Shown here: positions 29,271-38,865 of the stretch, in pieces
How positions within the stretch are numbered: the first letter of the stretch is position 1
How the letters are laid out: each line of letters starts with the position of its first letter
NCBI GenBank assembly: GCA_964473175.1
Contig: CAYYNN010000002.1
Span: 4,563-68,562 of the forward strand
DNA: 64,000 nt
Reading direction: 5' to 3'
Source of the DNA: an uncultured Candidatus Saccharibacteria bacterium
Lineage (GTDB): Bacteria; Patescibacteriota; Minisyncoccia; Phycocordibacterales; UBA9973
Notes under the pieces: model-generated
What the model was told of the DNA's origin: nothing
Seen by the model: only the letters and a program-made list of their open reading frames with translations
Database searches by the model: none
Made by a program: the position numbers and the translations under genes

Positions 29271-29540
29271 TTACACCATATCCACCCCTGGTTCATTTCC
29301 GGGGTGACATCGACCAACTCGATCTGCTGTTTTTCTCAGTGCGACGAGGAATGGGTACTTTTTGAACGCCAATATACCGTACTCTGAACATGTTGGATAA
29401 AATATACATGTCGGACGTGGATAAAAGGGGATAAAACGTAGTATTCCAACACTTGGCGAGAAAATAACCCTGTATATAGTAATACATACTATAGCGATAC
29501 TGTTGAGCACTCTATTTTTGCGTTTTTTTGAGTAATTCAT
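29271..29540 (-). CDS. yidD: Membrane protein insertion efficiency factor
   Basis: CIFYPTCSEY...RVGRCHP..PGVD; lies between rnpA and yidC. Confidence 0.88.
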   Translation of the reverse strand: MNYSKKRKNRVLNSIAIVCITIYRVIFSPSVGILRFIPFYPRPTCIFYPTCSEYGILAFKKYPFLVALRKTADRVGRCHPGNEPGVDMV

Positions 29541-29832
29541 TAAAAAGTCTTTGTATTTCAATGTATTCTAGTGAATATATGGATTTAGATGTGTACAAAA
29601 TGCCTTTGATTTGCGGATTTGCATCCCCAAAAAGTGCATATACACGTCGTCGTAGTTTATTTCGAATTACCGCCTTCTTTTGATGCTTGCTGCTTGTAAC
29701 GACAGAAAGTGCTTTTTCACCACTTTTAACATATTTGAGAGTGCCGAGTTGATTATAAATAACCAAAATATCCTTATTTTTAAGGATATTTGAGAACTGA
29801 GAGCGGGAGAACCGTTCCTTTTGAGAAAGCAT
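29512..29832 (-). CDS. rnpA: Ribonuclease P protein component
   Basis: KKAVIRNKLRRR (RNR-like motif), syntenic with rpmH and yidC. Confidence 0.85.
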   Translation of the reverse strand: MLSQKERFSRSQFSNILKNKDILVIYNQLGTLKYVKSGEKALSVVTSSKHQKKAVIRNKLRRRVYALFGDANPQIKGILYTSKSIYSLEYIEIQRLFNELLKKTQK

Positions 29833-29843
29833 AGCCTAAATGA

Positions 29844-29978
29844 TTAGACGCTGAGCTTCGCACGACCTTTATGACGACGTGCTTTGAGTACCTTGCGGCC
29901 ACCAACACTTGCACTCCGGACCAAGAATCCGTGTGTCGTTGCTCGTTTTCGCTTGTTTGGTTGATAGGTCTGTGACAT
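29844..29978 (-). CDS. rpmH: 50S ribosomal protein L34 (not in the ORF track)
   Basis: Translates to [44 protein letters not shown]. Confidence 0.95.
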   Translation of the reverse strand: MSQTYQPNKRKRATTHGFLVRSASVGGRKVLKARRHKGRAKLSV

Positions 29979-29990
29979 AAGTATTGGAGA

Positions 29991-30076
29991 CTATACACAA
30001 AAAGAGGGAAGTAATCAAGTCTTCTGTCTCCGCCGCGATTTCTGATATAATCCACACTGTACACAGGTTATACACA
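29991..30076. promoter_or_regulatory. DnaA boxes upstream of dnaA
   Basis: CTATACACA 29991, TAATCCACA 30048, TTATACACA 30068. Confidence 0.7.
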
Positions 30077-30114
30077 CTTTCAACAAAGTCGTGAATGTAC
30101 TGTATGATACATCT

Positions 30115-31473
30115 ATGCAACACTCTCCTGAAACAACTATTGAGAACCTCTGGAGTACCTGCCTGCAGGAGATAGAGCCCCAGGTTACCAATGCAAACTT
30201 TACTACATGGTTCAAAAATACCGCTATTAGTAAAGAAGAGGATGGTATTATTTTCATCGCGGTACCAAACGAGTTCGTTAGAGAATGGATGATAACGAAA
30301 TACCATAAACTAATCCTTAAAACTATTGTGGATCACTATGGGCATATTCGAGGTGTTGAGTTCATCATCGGAGCAGTTACTCCTGTAGTTGTTACCCCAA
30401 AAGCTCCTATAGAAACCCTTACAAACGAACTTCCGTTGCAAAACTTGTATATCAACCGCGATGACAACCTCAACCCCCGCTATACATTCGACAGCTTCAT
30501 TGTAGGGCCATTTAACGAACTCGCGTATGCAGCTGCCCAAGCGGTGGTCAAAAACCCTCAAAATGCATATAACCCATTGTTTTTCTATAGCCAAAGTGGT
30601 CTTGGTAAAACGCACCTTATCCAATCAGTAGGAAATGCGCTTAAACAACAGTTTCCAGAGAAGCGAGTACTCTACACAACTGCGGAGAAGTTCAGTAATG
30701 ACTATGTAAGTTCTGTACAAAACAATAAACCCATCGTTTTCCGTGAAAAATACCGCAAATTTGATGTTCTCATCATTGATGATATCCAATTTATTTCTGG
30801 AAAAGAACAAACACAAAATGAATTGTTTCACCTCTTCAATACTCTCTATGAGCAGAATAAAAATATCATCTTTTCATCTGATAAACACCCTAACCATATC
30901 ATTGGTCTCGAAGATCGATTGAAAACCCGTTTCAATGCAGGAATGACTATTGATATACAAGAACCTGACCTTGAAAGTCGACTCGCTATTGTTCGAGAAA
31001 AGAGTAGTCATCTCACTCATCAACTTGATGAGGAAGTACTTCTCTATGTCGCATCAGTGGTCACGAGTAGTATTCGAGAGCTTGAAGGAGTACTTAATGT
31101 TATATCTGTACATGCAGAAGTGAAACAAAAACCTATTTCTCTTGCTGAAGTAAAGATTCTTATTAAAAACAGTGTTAAGCCAAAGAAAGTAGTCTCTATC
31201 GACACTGTTGTAAAGCTTATTTCCGAATACTACAACTTAGATGAACGTGTTATTTATGAAAAAACACGTCGAAAAGAAATAGTCCGCGCCCGACAAATCA
31301 TCATGTTCATGCTTCGAGAGGATTTCAACGAATCATATCCTTCTATTGGTGCAAAACTTGGGGGAAAAGACCACACGACAGTCATTCATTCATATGAAAA
31401 AATCAAAAGTGAACTTTCTCATGATGCACAACTTATGAAACAACTTGAAGATATCCGTATCATGTTTAAATGA
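30115..31473 (+). CDS. dnaA: Chromosomal replication initiator DnaA
   Basis: YNPLFFYSQSGLGKTHL, IDDIQF, SIRELEG, GGKDHTTVIHS. Confidence 0.97.
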   Translation: MQHSPETTIENLWSTCLQEIEPQVTNANFTTWFKNTAISKEEDGIIFIAVPNEFVREWMITKYHKLILKTIVDHYGHIRGVEFIIGAVTPVVVTPKAPIETLTNELPLQNLYINRDDNLNPRYTFDSFIVGPFNELAYAAAQAVVKNPQNAYNPLFFYSQSGLGKTHLIQSVGNALKQQFPEKRVLYTTAEKFSNDYVSSVQNNKPIVFREKYRKFDVLIIDDIQFISGKEQTQNELFHLFNTLYEQNKNIIFSSDKHPNHIIGLEDRLKTRFNAGMTIDIQEPDLESRLAIVREKSSHLTHQLDEEVLLYVASVVTSSIRELEGVLNVISVHAEVKQKPISLAEVKILIKNSVKPKKVVSIDTVVKLISEYYNLDERVIYEKTRRKEIVRARQIIMFMLREDFNESYPSIGAKLGGKDHTTVIHSYEKIKSELSHDAQLMKQLEDIRIMFK

Positions 31474-31669
31474 TGTGGATATCTATGAGAAAGCGCTCGA
31501 ATAAACAGAGGAAACACTATGTATAGCGAGGGGATAGTGTTGATGAGTCAAAAAGATATCTGAGATACACTATCACTATCCACAACCCCTATTCCTTATA
31601 TATCCTTATATACAAACGTTTTATACGTATTATCCACAATCCACACCATATACTAAACGAAAAATTTTT
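31474..31669. other. Probable oriC (dnaA-dnaN intergenic)
   Basis: TGTGGATAT 31474, CTATCCACA 31576, perfect TTATCCACA 31630, CAATCCACA 31637. Confidence 0.75.
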
Positions 31670-32767
31670 ATGAAAGTACATTGTTCAGTAGAAAAATTAA
31701 AAAATGCAGTAACGCTCGCTGATCGAATGACTGGTAAGCATTTAACATTACCAATACTGCATTCAATACTTTTGACCGCATCTGGGAATACTATAAAAAT
31801 CCGCTCTACGAACTTGACTGTTGGTATAGAAATTGAAATCCCTGCAAAAATTGAACAAGAAGGTACTGTAGTAATCAAAGGGGATATCGTTGCCAATATT
31901 TGTAATAATCTTTCAGGAGTTACTGATATAACACTTTCATTAGAGAATGAAAATCTCACTATTACTTCACATAAAACAACAACCGTTATCAAGTCACTTC
32001 CTGCTGAAGAATTCCCTGCACTCCCGATAGTAGAAGGGGAAATGTTTGATATTAAAAGTGAAGTATTACAAGAAGCGTTACGAAGTGTGTATTTTGCTGC
32101 AGCAGTGAGTGAAATTAAACCTGAAATTTCAAGTATTTATCTGTATAGTGAAAATGGAACATTGTTTATTGTTGCAACAGACTCTTTTCGACTTGCTGAG
32201 AAAAAAATAGTACTAAAAGGTATTCCAGATATTTCAAAGATTCTTATTCCGTACAAGAATGTTGCTGACTTACTTCGTGCGCTTGAAGTTTCAGGGGACA
32301 CAGTACATGTTTCATACACTCGTAATCAGATATCGTTTCGTGGTAATACTATGTACTTCACTTCTCGGCTCATCGACGGAGGATTTCCCCCGTACCAACT
32401 GATTATCCCAAAAGAAGAAGTGACAAAAGTTGTTGTGATGAAACAGGATCTCTTGAATACATTGAAACTCTCAACTATTTTTGCTGACAAATTTTTCCAA
32501 GTAGTATTTTCTATTAACCCTACCGAGAAACAAATATCACTATCATCTAAAAATAGTGATGTCGGGTCTTCACTTTCTCTTGTAGATTCCGTTGTTCAAG
32601 GAGAAGCGATAGAGGTTGTCTGTAATCTCAAATATTTCCTTGATGTATTTCAAGCACTTTCTGGGGACAGTGTTTCTTTATCATTTACTACACCAACCAA
32701 ACCTATTGTTGTACGGGCTATTAACGATACTTCATTTCTTTATTTACTGATGCCAACAAATAGATAG
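31670..32767 (+). CDS. dnaN: DNA polymerase III beta clamp
   Basis: LPILHSILL, VATDSFRLAE, SRLIDGGFPPY, YLLMP; follows dnaA. Confidence 0.95.
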   Translation: MKVHCSVEKLKNAVTLADRMTGKHLTLPILHSILLTASGNTIKIRSTNLTVGIEIEIPAKIEQEGTVVIKGDIVANICNNLSGVTDITLSLENENLTITSHKTTTVIKSLPAEEFPALPIVEGEMFDIKSEVLQEALRSVYFAAAVSEIKPEISSIYLYSENGTLFIVATDSFRLAEKKIVLKGIPDISKILIPYKNVADLLRALEVSGDTVHVSYTRNQISFRGNTMYFTSRLIDGGFPPYQLIIPKEEVTKVVVMKQDLLNTLKLSTIFADKFFQVVFSINPTEKQISLSSKNSDVGSSLSLVDSVVQGEAIEVVCNLKYFLDVFQALSGDSVSLSFTTPTKPIVVRAINDTSFLYLLMPTNR

Positions 32768-32779
32768 TGTATATAGGAT

Positions 32780-33034
32780 ATGTCACTCTTTAACGCATTA
32801 CTCCATGGGCTTAAACAAAAGATTGATGCACAAAACACCTATAAAGATGTCGTTATTGTTTCCATAAAAGAAATTGTGAATATAACACTCACTCACGATG
32901 CTATTATTTCACTTAAAGAAGGAATTCTTGTACTACAAGTAACTCCAACAGTTAAAACAGCACTTCTATTAAAGAAAGAAAAAGTAATAGCATTATTACA
33001 ACAAAAAGGTCTTAAAATAGTATCTATTAGATAA
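32780..33034 (+). CDS. Small protein, DciA/DUF721-like (tentative)
   Basis: GILVLQVTPTVKTALLLKKEKVI pattern and position right after dnaN. Confidence 0.5.
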   Translation: MSLFNALLHGLKQKIDAQNTYKDVVIVSIKEIVNITLTHDAIISLKEGILVLQVTPTVKTALLLKKEKVIALLQQKGLKIVSIR

Positions 33035-35549
33035 CAGTAAAAGGAACCTCAATTGTTTTTTTTGAGAAGATAGCATTGGTCCCTATGGCTTTCATTGTAT
33101 AGGTTCCTGTAGTATAGCCGTATTCAGTAGGGGTAAATCTCAAACGAAATGGTGCAGAGAGTGTTGTAACTAATTTATTATTAACAAACAAGTCAACTGA
33201 CGTAAGAGGGTACTGACTATCACTCGCAACACTGATAGTGGTAGGGGTGTTTAGTGGTATTTGATTTGAAATACCACTAATAGTCAGGCGAGAGTTTGTG
33301 TCATTTGCGTGTACCGTGTCGTAGCCTGTTGGAATATCACTAAGTGTTGTTCCGGGGTATGACATATAGTTATTTGCCCACCATGTTTGCACTGACGGAC
33401 TCCAAAGACGGAATTGAGGATCATCACTAGGGTTTGTTGGGGCTGGTCCACGGGGGTCTTTTTTATTTACCCAATACAGAATACTTTGTACATCAGTGAT
33501 AATTTTCTCGATACGAGATTCTGCTGGCGTATCAGGTGTTGCTTGTAAACCGGTCACTCTATCTATTTCAACAGTGCGGTTACCCATCCATTTTCCACGA
33601 AGAATTGGCTTCAAGCTATCATAATCAGGATCAGGAATTGGTTTTTCAAATGCAGGAGCAGGGTGTTCTGCGAGGTACTCCTCCATAAATGTTTTCCATA
33701 TAGGACCAGATACGGTACCACCACCGCTACGCATGGATTTATTGTCATTGTTACCACTCCACACAGCTGTAACAATAGACGGTGTGTACCCAATAATCCA
33801 CGCATCACGGTCATCGTTGGTTGTACCGGTCTTTACTGCGACTCCGGGAATAGTGATACTACTTCCAAATGTAGGAATACGAGCATTGGCATCACTAAGA
33901 ACATCGTTGAGCGTGAGGACTGCATTTTTATCCATTACTTGCGCGCTATCTGGTGTAAAGTGCTCGATAACTTTACTTGCATTATCTTTGACTTCAAGGA
34001 TACCGGTTGTTGGGTTACGAAGACCTGAGTTCGCAAAAACTCCATAGGCACTAGCCATATCCAAAAGTCGTACTTCTCCTCCACCGAGTACAAGAGAGAG
34101 TCCATAATTACTCTTATCTTTCAATGTTGAAAGTCCGAGAGCTTTTGCGTTTGCGAGAACATCATCAAGTCCAGTAAGGTACAAGAGTTTTACCGATGGA
34201 ACGTTACGAGATTCAGCAATTGCACTACGCAATGATATTGGACCTTTAAATTTATTATCAAAGTTTTGAGGGTGATAACAATCCTTAGTACTATTACCAG
34301 ATAACGGAGTAGAACTCGAGGTACAACTTGTCGAGAACTCTGTTGGCACATCAAAGAGGATAGTGTCAGGTGTGTATCCTTGTTGGAATGCTGTTGCATA
34401 CACAAAGGGTTTAAAGGATGATCCTGGTTGTCTGTCAGCGAGCGCAATGTTATACGCTCCATCGATGTCTTTACTAAAGTAGTCTTTGGATCCAACCATT
34501 GCTAATATTTGTCCTGTAGTAGGGTCAAGAGCAACCATTGCCTCGTTAGATGCATTAAACTTTTTGAGATTACTCTCAGCATACTTGGTGACTGCAGCTT
34601 CAGCTTTCTGTTGTAGTTCATAATCAAGTGTTGTTGTAATAGTGTAGCCACCACTTTCCATGACATCTTTTCCATATTTTTGTTCTAGATAATCGAGTAT
34701 CCAAAAGGTGAAGTGAGGAGCTTTGATACTGTTGGATGCAGAAAGATTAAACACAACCTTTTCTGCTTTTGCGGTATCAAGTTGTTCCTGGGTGATGTAT
34801 CCGTACTGCTCCATCTTTGAAAGGACTAAGTCTTTTCGTTCATCAAGCTTGTCTTTGTGTGCTCCAAAAGGGGAATAGTATGTTGGAGCAGGAATCATCG
34901 CAGCGAGGTACGCTGACTGCGCAAGACTCAAATCTTTTGCGTCCATTGTAAAGAACGCTTTTGATGCTTCTTGTACACCATAAATAGTACTCCCAAACGG
35001 TGCATCGTTGAGATAAATCTGAAGAATTTGCTCTTTTGTAAACTGTCGTTCTAGTTTCAATGCTAACACCCATTCTTTGAATTTTCGTGAAATAGTCTTG
35101 TCGGTATTGAGGAGTGTGTTTTTGATGATTTGCTGTGTCAGCGTAGAACCTCCTTGTGAGAAGCTGCCTGTGGTGAAGTTTACAAAGACCGCACGTAGTA
35201 TAGATGTCGGTCTGATGCCAGAGTGTGTATAGAAATGTGAATCTTCAATAGAAACAACTGCGTTTTTGATGTTGTCACCCATTTGGTCTGAAGGGATTTC
35301 GGTCCGGCGGACACCTTGGTTGATGTCATAGAGTACGACACCATTGCGATCGGTGATCTTGGAAGAGTTGGCTATTTTGCGAGCTTCAAATGTAGAGATG
35401 TCAGGAAGCTTGATTGTTGCGGCCCATATCAGGCCACTTCCTATGAGGAGGAATCCGAAGGCGATAAGGACCAATAGTATTTTTTTCCAGCTGAAGGTTT
35501 TGAACCAGTCCGTTATAGTATTTTTTTTCTTTGGCATAGTAGGTATCAT
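33027..35549 (-). CDS. Class A penicillin-binding protein (PBP1A family)
   Basis: Transglycosylase EDSHFYTHSG, GGSTLTQQ, RKFKE; transpeptidase SSFK, SRN, KTGT; C-terminal Ig-like domain. Confidence 0.93.
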   Translation of the reverse strand: MIPTMPKKKNTITDWFKTFSWKKILLVLIAFGFLLIGSGLIWAATIKLPDISTFEARKIANSSKITDRNGVVLYDINQGVRRTEIPSDQMGDNIKNAVVSIEDSHFYTHSGIRPTSILRAVFVNFTTGSFSQGGSTLTQQIIKNTLLNTDKTISRKFKEWVLALKLERQFTKEQILQIYLNDAPFGSTIYGVQEASKAFFTMDAKDLSLAQSAYLAAMIPAPTYYSPFGAHKDKLDERKDLVLSKMEQYGYITQEQLDTAKAEKVVFNLSASNSIKAPHFTFWILDYLEQKYGKDVMESGGYTITTTLDYELQQKAEAAVTKYAESNLKKFNASNEAMVALDPTTGQILAMVGSKDYFSKDIDGAYNIALADRQPGSSFKPFVYATAFQQGYTPDTILFDVPTEFSTSCTSSSTPLSGNSTKDCYHPQNFDNKFKGPISLRSAIAESRNVPSVKLLYLTGLDDVLANAKALGLSTLKDKSNYGLSLVLGGGEVRLLDMASAYGVFANSGLRNPTTGILEVKDNASKVIEHFTPDSAQVMDKNAVLTLNDVLSDANARIPTFGSSITIPGVAVKTGTTNDDRDAWIIGYTPSIVTAVWSGNNDNKSMRSGGGTVSGPIWKTFMEEYLAEHPAPAFEKPIPDPDYDSLKPILRGKWMGNRTVEIDRVTGLQATPDTPAESRIEKIITDVQSILYWVNKKDPRGPAPTNPSDDPQFRLWSPSVQTWWANNYMSYPGTTLSDIPTGYDTVHANDTNSRLTISGISNQIPLNTPTTISVASDSQYPLTSVDLFVNNKLVTTLSAPFRLRFTPTEYGYTTGTYTMKAIGTNAIFSKKTIEVPFTVI

Positions 35550-35664
35550 AGCAATTGGGGAGTGTTTATAAAAGACGAGCTACTATAGCAGAGTATTACA
35601 ATAATTGCTTATTTGTAAAAGACGAAGTATTTCATGAGTTTCTTGCGAAGTTGCTCGGCTTTCC

Positions 35665-36543
35665 TTACTTATTAATTTTTAGTAATTCAACAACTTCATC
35701 CTCGTTCTTACACGCGTATAGTTTCTGTATTAATTCTCGCTCATGCTTATCTTCTGTAGTTTTCAACACTTCTTCCATATGGAATGTCTCAATCGCATGT
35801 AGTGCAAAACCAACCGCACCACCAACTGGTGCAAATGTTTCTTCACCGATTTGTGGCATATGTTCTGCAAAGTAGTCCAAACATTCCTTCCATTGTTCGA
35901 GGGATGTGTAGGTGGTGGGAATAAAGTGTATGTGACCATCATCGATGGTGACGGTGGTACCAAACTTTTCTTTGAGGCCTTGGGTCAATGACTCGGGTAC
36001 GACTACGGCATCTCGTAAATGGAAGAATTGAGTTCCAGCAAATTCATCGCAGAAACCCGACTCAGTAGTCTGGTACCCCTTGCGTCGTAGTGTCAATACA
36101 GCATCTCGTGTTTGTGACTCAATTTGTTCTATGTAACATCCCAACAATAGCTCTTGTGCTGTCGGCATCGGAGATACCTCTTTGCGGCGCTCGAGGTCGG
36201 GGTGGCCGTATCCTCGAACGCGCTGATAGTCCACCATGCTTTTTAGGTTATCTACCGACAGCGGTTCTATTGTTTCAAGTGAACGATTTGCATTGCCAGT
36301 ATAGTAGTGAAATGTTCCACCGATTATTTTCTCAAATTCTGAATCATTAAGTGATGTCAAAAATGCTGTACCGTCGGCATTAAGTGCAGCAGGGAAGTTC
36401 TTTTCAAACATTTCAATATTTCGGAGGTTGTCAGTTGTATCATTGGGACGTTGTTCTAAATGAGTACGAGCGGTATCAATCAATACTTTCAATCGCTCCT
36501 CAAACGATGGCTGCTGCTCGGGGGTAAGTGAGAGTTGTTCCAT
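35665..36543 (-). CDS. Hypothetical cytoplasmic protein
   Basis: 292-aa ORF, TATACT 6 nt before ATG. Confidence 0.7.
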   Translation of the reverse strand: MEQLSLTPEQQPSFEERLKVLIDTARTHLEQRPNDTTDNLRNIEMFEKNFPAALNADGTAFLTSLNDSEFEKIIGGTFHYYTGNANRSLETIEPLSVDNLKSMVDYQRVRGYGHPDLERRKEVSPMPTAQELLLGCYIEQIESQTRDAVLTLRRKGYQTTESGFCDEFAGTQFFHLRDAVVVPESLTQGLKEKFGTTVTIDDGHIHFIPTTYTSLEQWKECLDYFAEHMPQIGEETFAPVGGAVGFALHAIETFHMEEVLKTTEDKHERELIQKLYACKNEDEVVELLKINK

Positions 36544-36575
36544 AACCTCAGTATACCATTGCGCTATATAGTAAA

Positions 36576-36602
36576 AGTGGCCTTCATAAAATGAAGGCCA
36601 CT
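36576..36602. terminator. Terminator-like hairpin after ORF 36608..36994
   Basis: AGTGGCCTTCAT-aaa-ATGAAGGCCACT. Confidence 0.6.
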
Positions 36603-36607
36603 GTGTT

Positions 36608-36994
36608 TTAATTTAAATTTGTGTTTTTGCCATTGAGAATATCAAATGCTTCCTCATTAGAGGTCTCACCTTCCTCATCTTCAATATTGATCTTCATTCC
36701 AATTGCGAATGAGAATGCAATCTTTTCCTCTTTAAAGAATTCTGTAAGTTCTTTTTCTAGGTTGGCGTATTCGAGACTGGGAGGGAGGATAAGTTCTACT
36801 GCAATGATTTTGATAGAATGACTAACGCATCGGCCGACCCACCATCCAATATTTTCTAATAATCTTTCGATAATACCTTCCCGAAATTGGGGCCGTATCA
36901 TTTGATCAATAGGTAACGGCTTGATATGTAGGGAATAGGTGAGCCTGTAGCCATACTGTAATCGTGTGCATAAAACAGTTATTTTACTTTCCAT
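36608..36994 (-). CDS. Hypothetical protein
   Basis: 128-aa ORF with its own promoter and terminator. Confidence 0.55.
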   Translation of the reverse strand: MESKITVLCTRLQYGYRLTYSLHIKPLPIDQMIRPQFREGIIERLLENIGWWVGRCVSHSIKIIAVELILPPSLEYANLEKELTEFFKEEKIAFSFAIGMKINIEDEEGETSNEEAFDILNGKNTNLN

Positions 36995-37023
36995 ATAGAA
37001 TTTTTAAATGAATGATTAAAAGC

Positions 37024-37069
37024 ATACTATCATAGAAGTATTGACATGTCAAATATTATATGCTATTAT
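37024..37069. promoter_or_regulatory. Divergent sigma70 promoters sharing the palindrome TTGACATGTCAA
   Basis: Plus: TTGACA(37041)-17-TATTAT; minus: TTGACA(37052)-17-TAGTAT. Confidence 0.65.
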
Positions 37070-37113
37070 ACAGACATAGTTCTTTTAAACTTTCACCTTA
37101 AAATAGAAAATAA

Positions 37114-37338
37114 ATGAATAACTTTATAGGTTTTTTCTTGAGTACACCGCAACGTTGCTTGGCGACAATTGCTGGTTTATTGGTTGTATGGGGATGTTTC
37201 CATATGGAGCAGGTCTCAGCATTCTTTGATGCAATATTTCTTATACTGGTTAACAAGGTCTTACCGATAGTTATCGTTATTGCAATAATCATTGCTCTAC
37301 TAAATAAAGAGAAGGCAAAGCCACCAACAAAAAAATAA
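37114..37338 (+). CDS. Small two-TM membrane protein
   Basis: 74 aa, two hydrophobic helices, basic tail, terminator downstream. Confidence 0.55.
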   Translation: MNNFIGFFLSTPQRCLATIAGLLVVWGCFHMEQVSAFFDAIFLILVNKVLPIVIVIAIIIALLNKEKAKPPTKK

Positions 37339-37432
37339 CGTTTACATTCTTATTATTTGAAGCACAACACTGTGCTTCTTTTTTTATTCCAAAATGTCGA
37401 AATAGGCCAAAAATGCTACAATCCATCCATAT

Positions 37433-38629
37433 ATGGAACACATGGAAAAGGAGGAGAAAATTCAGATATTGCTTGAGAAGGGAGTAGCCGAGATATTACC
37501 AAGTAAAGGCTTCGTTGAGGCAGCACTGAAAAGCGGCAAGAAATTGTCAGTCTACTGCGGCTTTGATCCTACTGCACCAACATTGCATATTGGACACGCG
37601 ATCACGCTTCGCAAACTTCGCCACTTCCAAGATTTGGGACACAAGATTATTTTTCTCATTGGAGACTTCACTGCACGTATTGGGGACCCTACAGACAAAG
37701 GTGCAGCACGAAGTCAGCTGACTGAAAAAGAGATCAAGACAAACTTGAAGCTGTACAAAAAACAAGCGTCAAAATTTATCCGATTTACTGGAACAAATGC
37801 AGCAGTAGTAAAGTTTAACAATGCATGGCTCGGCAAAATGAAATTTGCTGATGTGCTCAACCTCGCGTCACACATGACGGTAGATCAAATGCTCAAGCGT
37901 GACATGTTCCAAAAGCGAAACGAAGAAGGGAAACCCATTTATATACATGAGTTCATGTACCCTTTGATGCAGGGCTACGATAGTGTCGCGATGGATGTTG
38001 ATGGAGAAGTGGGAGGGAATGATCAACTCTTTAACATGCTTGCTGGCCGAACACTACTCAAGCAGTTGAAACATAAAGAAAAGTTTGTCATCACTATGAA
38101 GCTCCTTGCAGATGCAAATGGCAAGAAAATGGGCAAGACTGAGGGTAACATGATCGCCCTTTCTGATACGCCTGCAGATATGTATGGCAAAGTCATGTCG
38201 TGGACTGACGACATGATCGTGTCCGGATTTGAATTGTGTACTGACTACAGCATGAATCAATGTAACACTATCAAACTTGAACTTGAGGCCGGCATCAATC
38301 CTCGTGATATCAAAATGCGTCTCGCATTTGAAATTGTAAAAAGTTGTAGTAGTGAAAAAGAAGCCGTGTCAGCTGAGGGCGCATTCGTTGCGACGTTTCA
38401 ACAAGGACAAAGTACTGGCGATATAACAGAGGTAACTGCCAACGGTCGAACACTCGAAGATATTCTCATTACAGAAAAACTTGTTGAGTCCAAAAGTGTC
38501 ATGCGTAGACTGATGGATGCCGGAGCTATTTCAAATTTCGATACTAAGGAAAAATTACAAGATGCCAAGGTAGTGGTAGATCCTGGGGTCTATAAAATAG
38601 GCAAGAACCGATTCATCAAGATCGTCTAA
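37433..38629 (+). CDS. tyrS: Tyrosine--tRNA ligase
   Basis: GFDPTAPTLHIGH, YPLMQGYD, GGNDQLFN, KMGKT. Confidence 0.96.
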   Translation: MEHMEKEEKIQILLEKGVAEILPSKGFVEAALKSGKKLSVYCGFDPTAPTLHIGHAITLRKLRHFQDLGHKIIFLIGDFTARIGDPTDKGAARSQLTEKEIKTNLKLYKKQASKFIRFTGTNAAVVKFNNAWLGKMKFADVLNLASHMTVDQMLKRDMFQKRNEEGKPIYIHEFMYPLMQGYDSVAMDVDGEVGGNDQLFNMLAGRTLLKQLKHKEKFVITMKLLADANGKKMGKTEGNMIALSDTPADMYGKVMSWTDDMIVSGFELCTDYSMNQCNTIKLELEAGINPRDIKMRLAFEIVKSCSSEKEAVSAEGAFVATFQQGQSTGDITEVTANGRTLEDILITEKLVESKSVMRRLMDAGAISNFDTKEKLQDAKVVVDPGVYKIGKNRFIKIV

Positions 38630-38865
38630 AGCTTGAGCGTCTTTTTCATCAAGTCTTCCCATGTTTTCTGCAAAAGGGTCACGATCAAAAAAGAAGGTAG
38701 AAATACCAAAGATACAAGCACAAAGAGTGCAAAGTTCAGTAGTGAAATGAGTATCTTTTCGATTATTTCCATAAATCGCATACTAGCGCACTTCACCTTT
38801 TTTGCAAAAGAGTGTTTTTGTTGTGCAGCGAAGAGTCATGCCGGTCTTTGTGCTACCATAATGGT

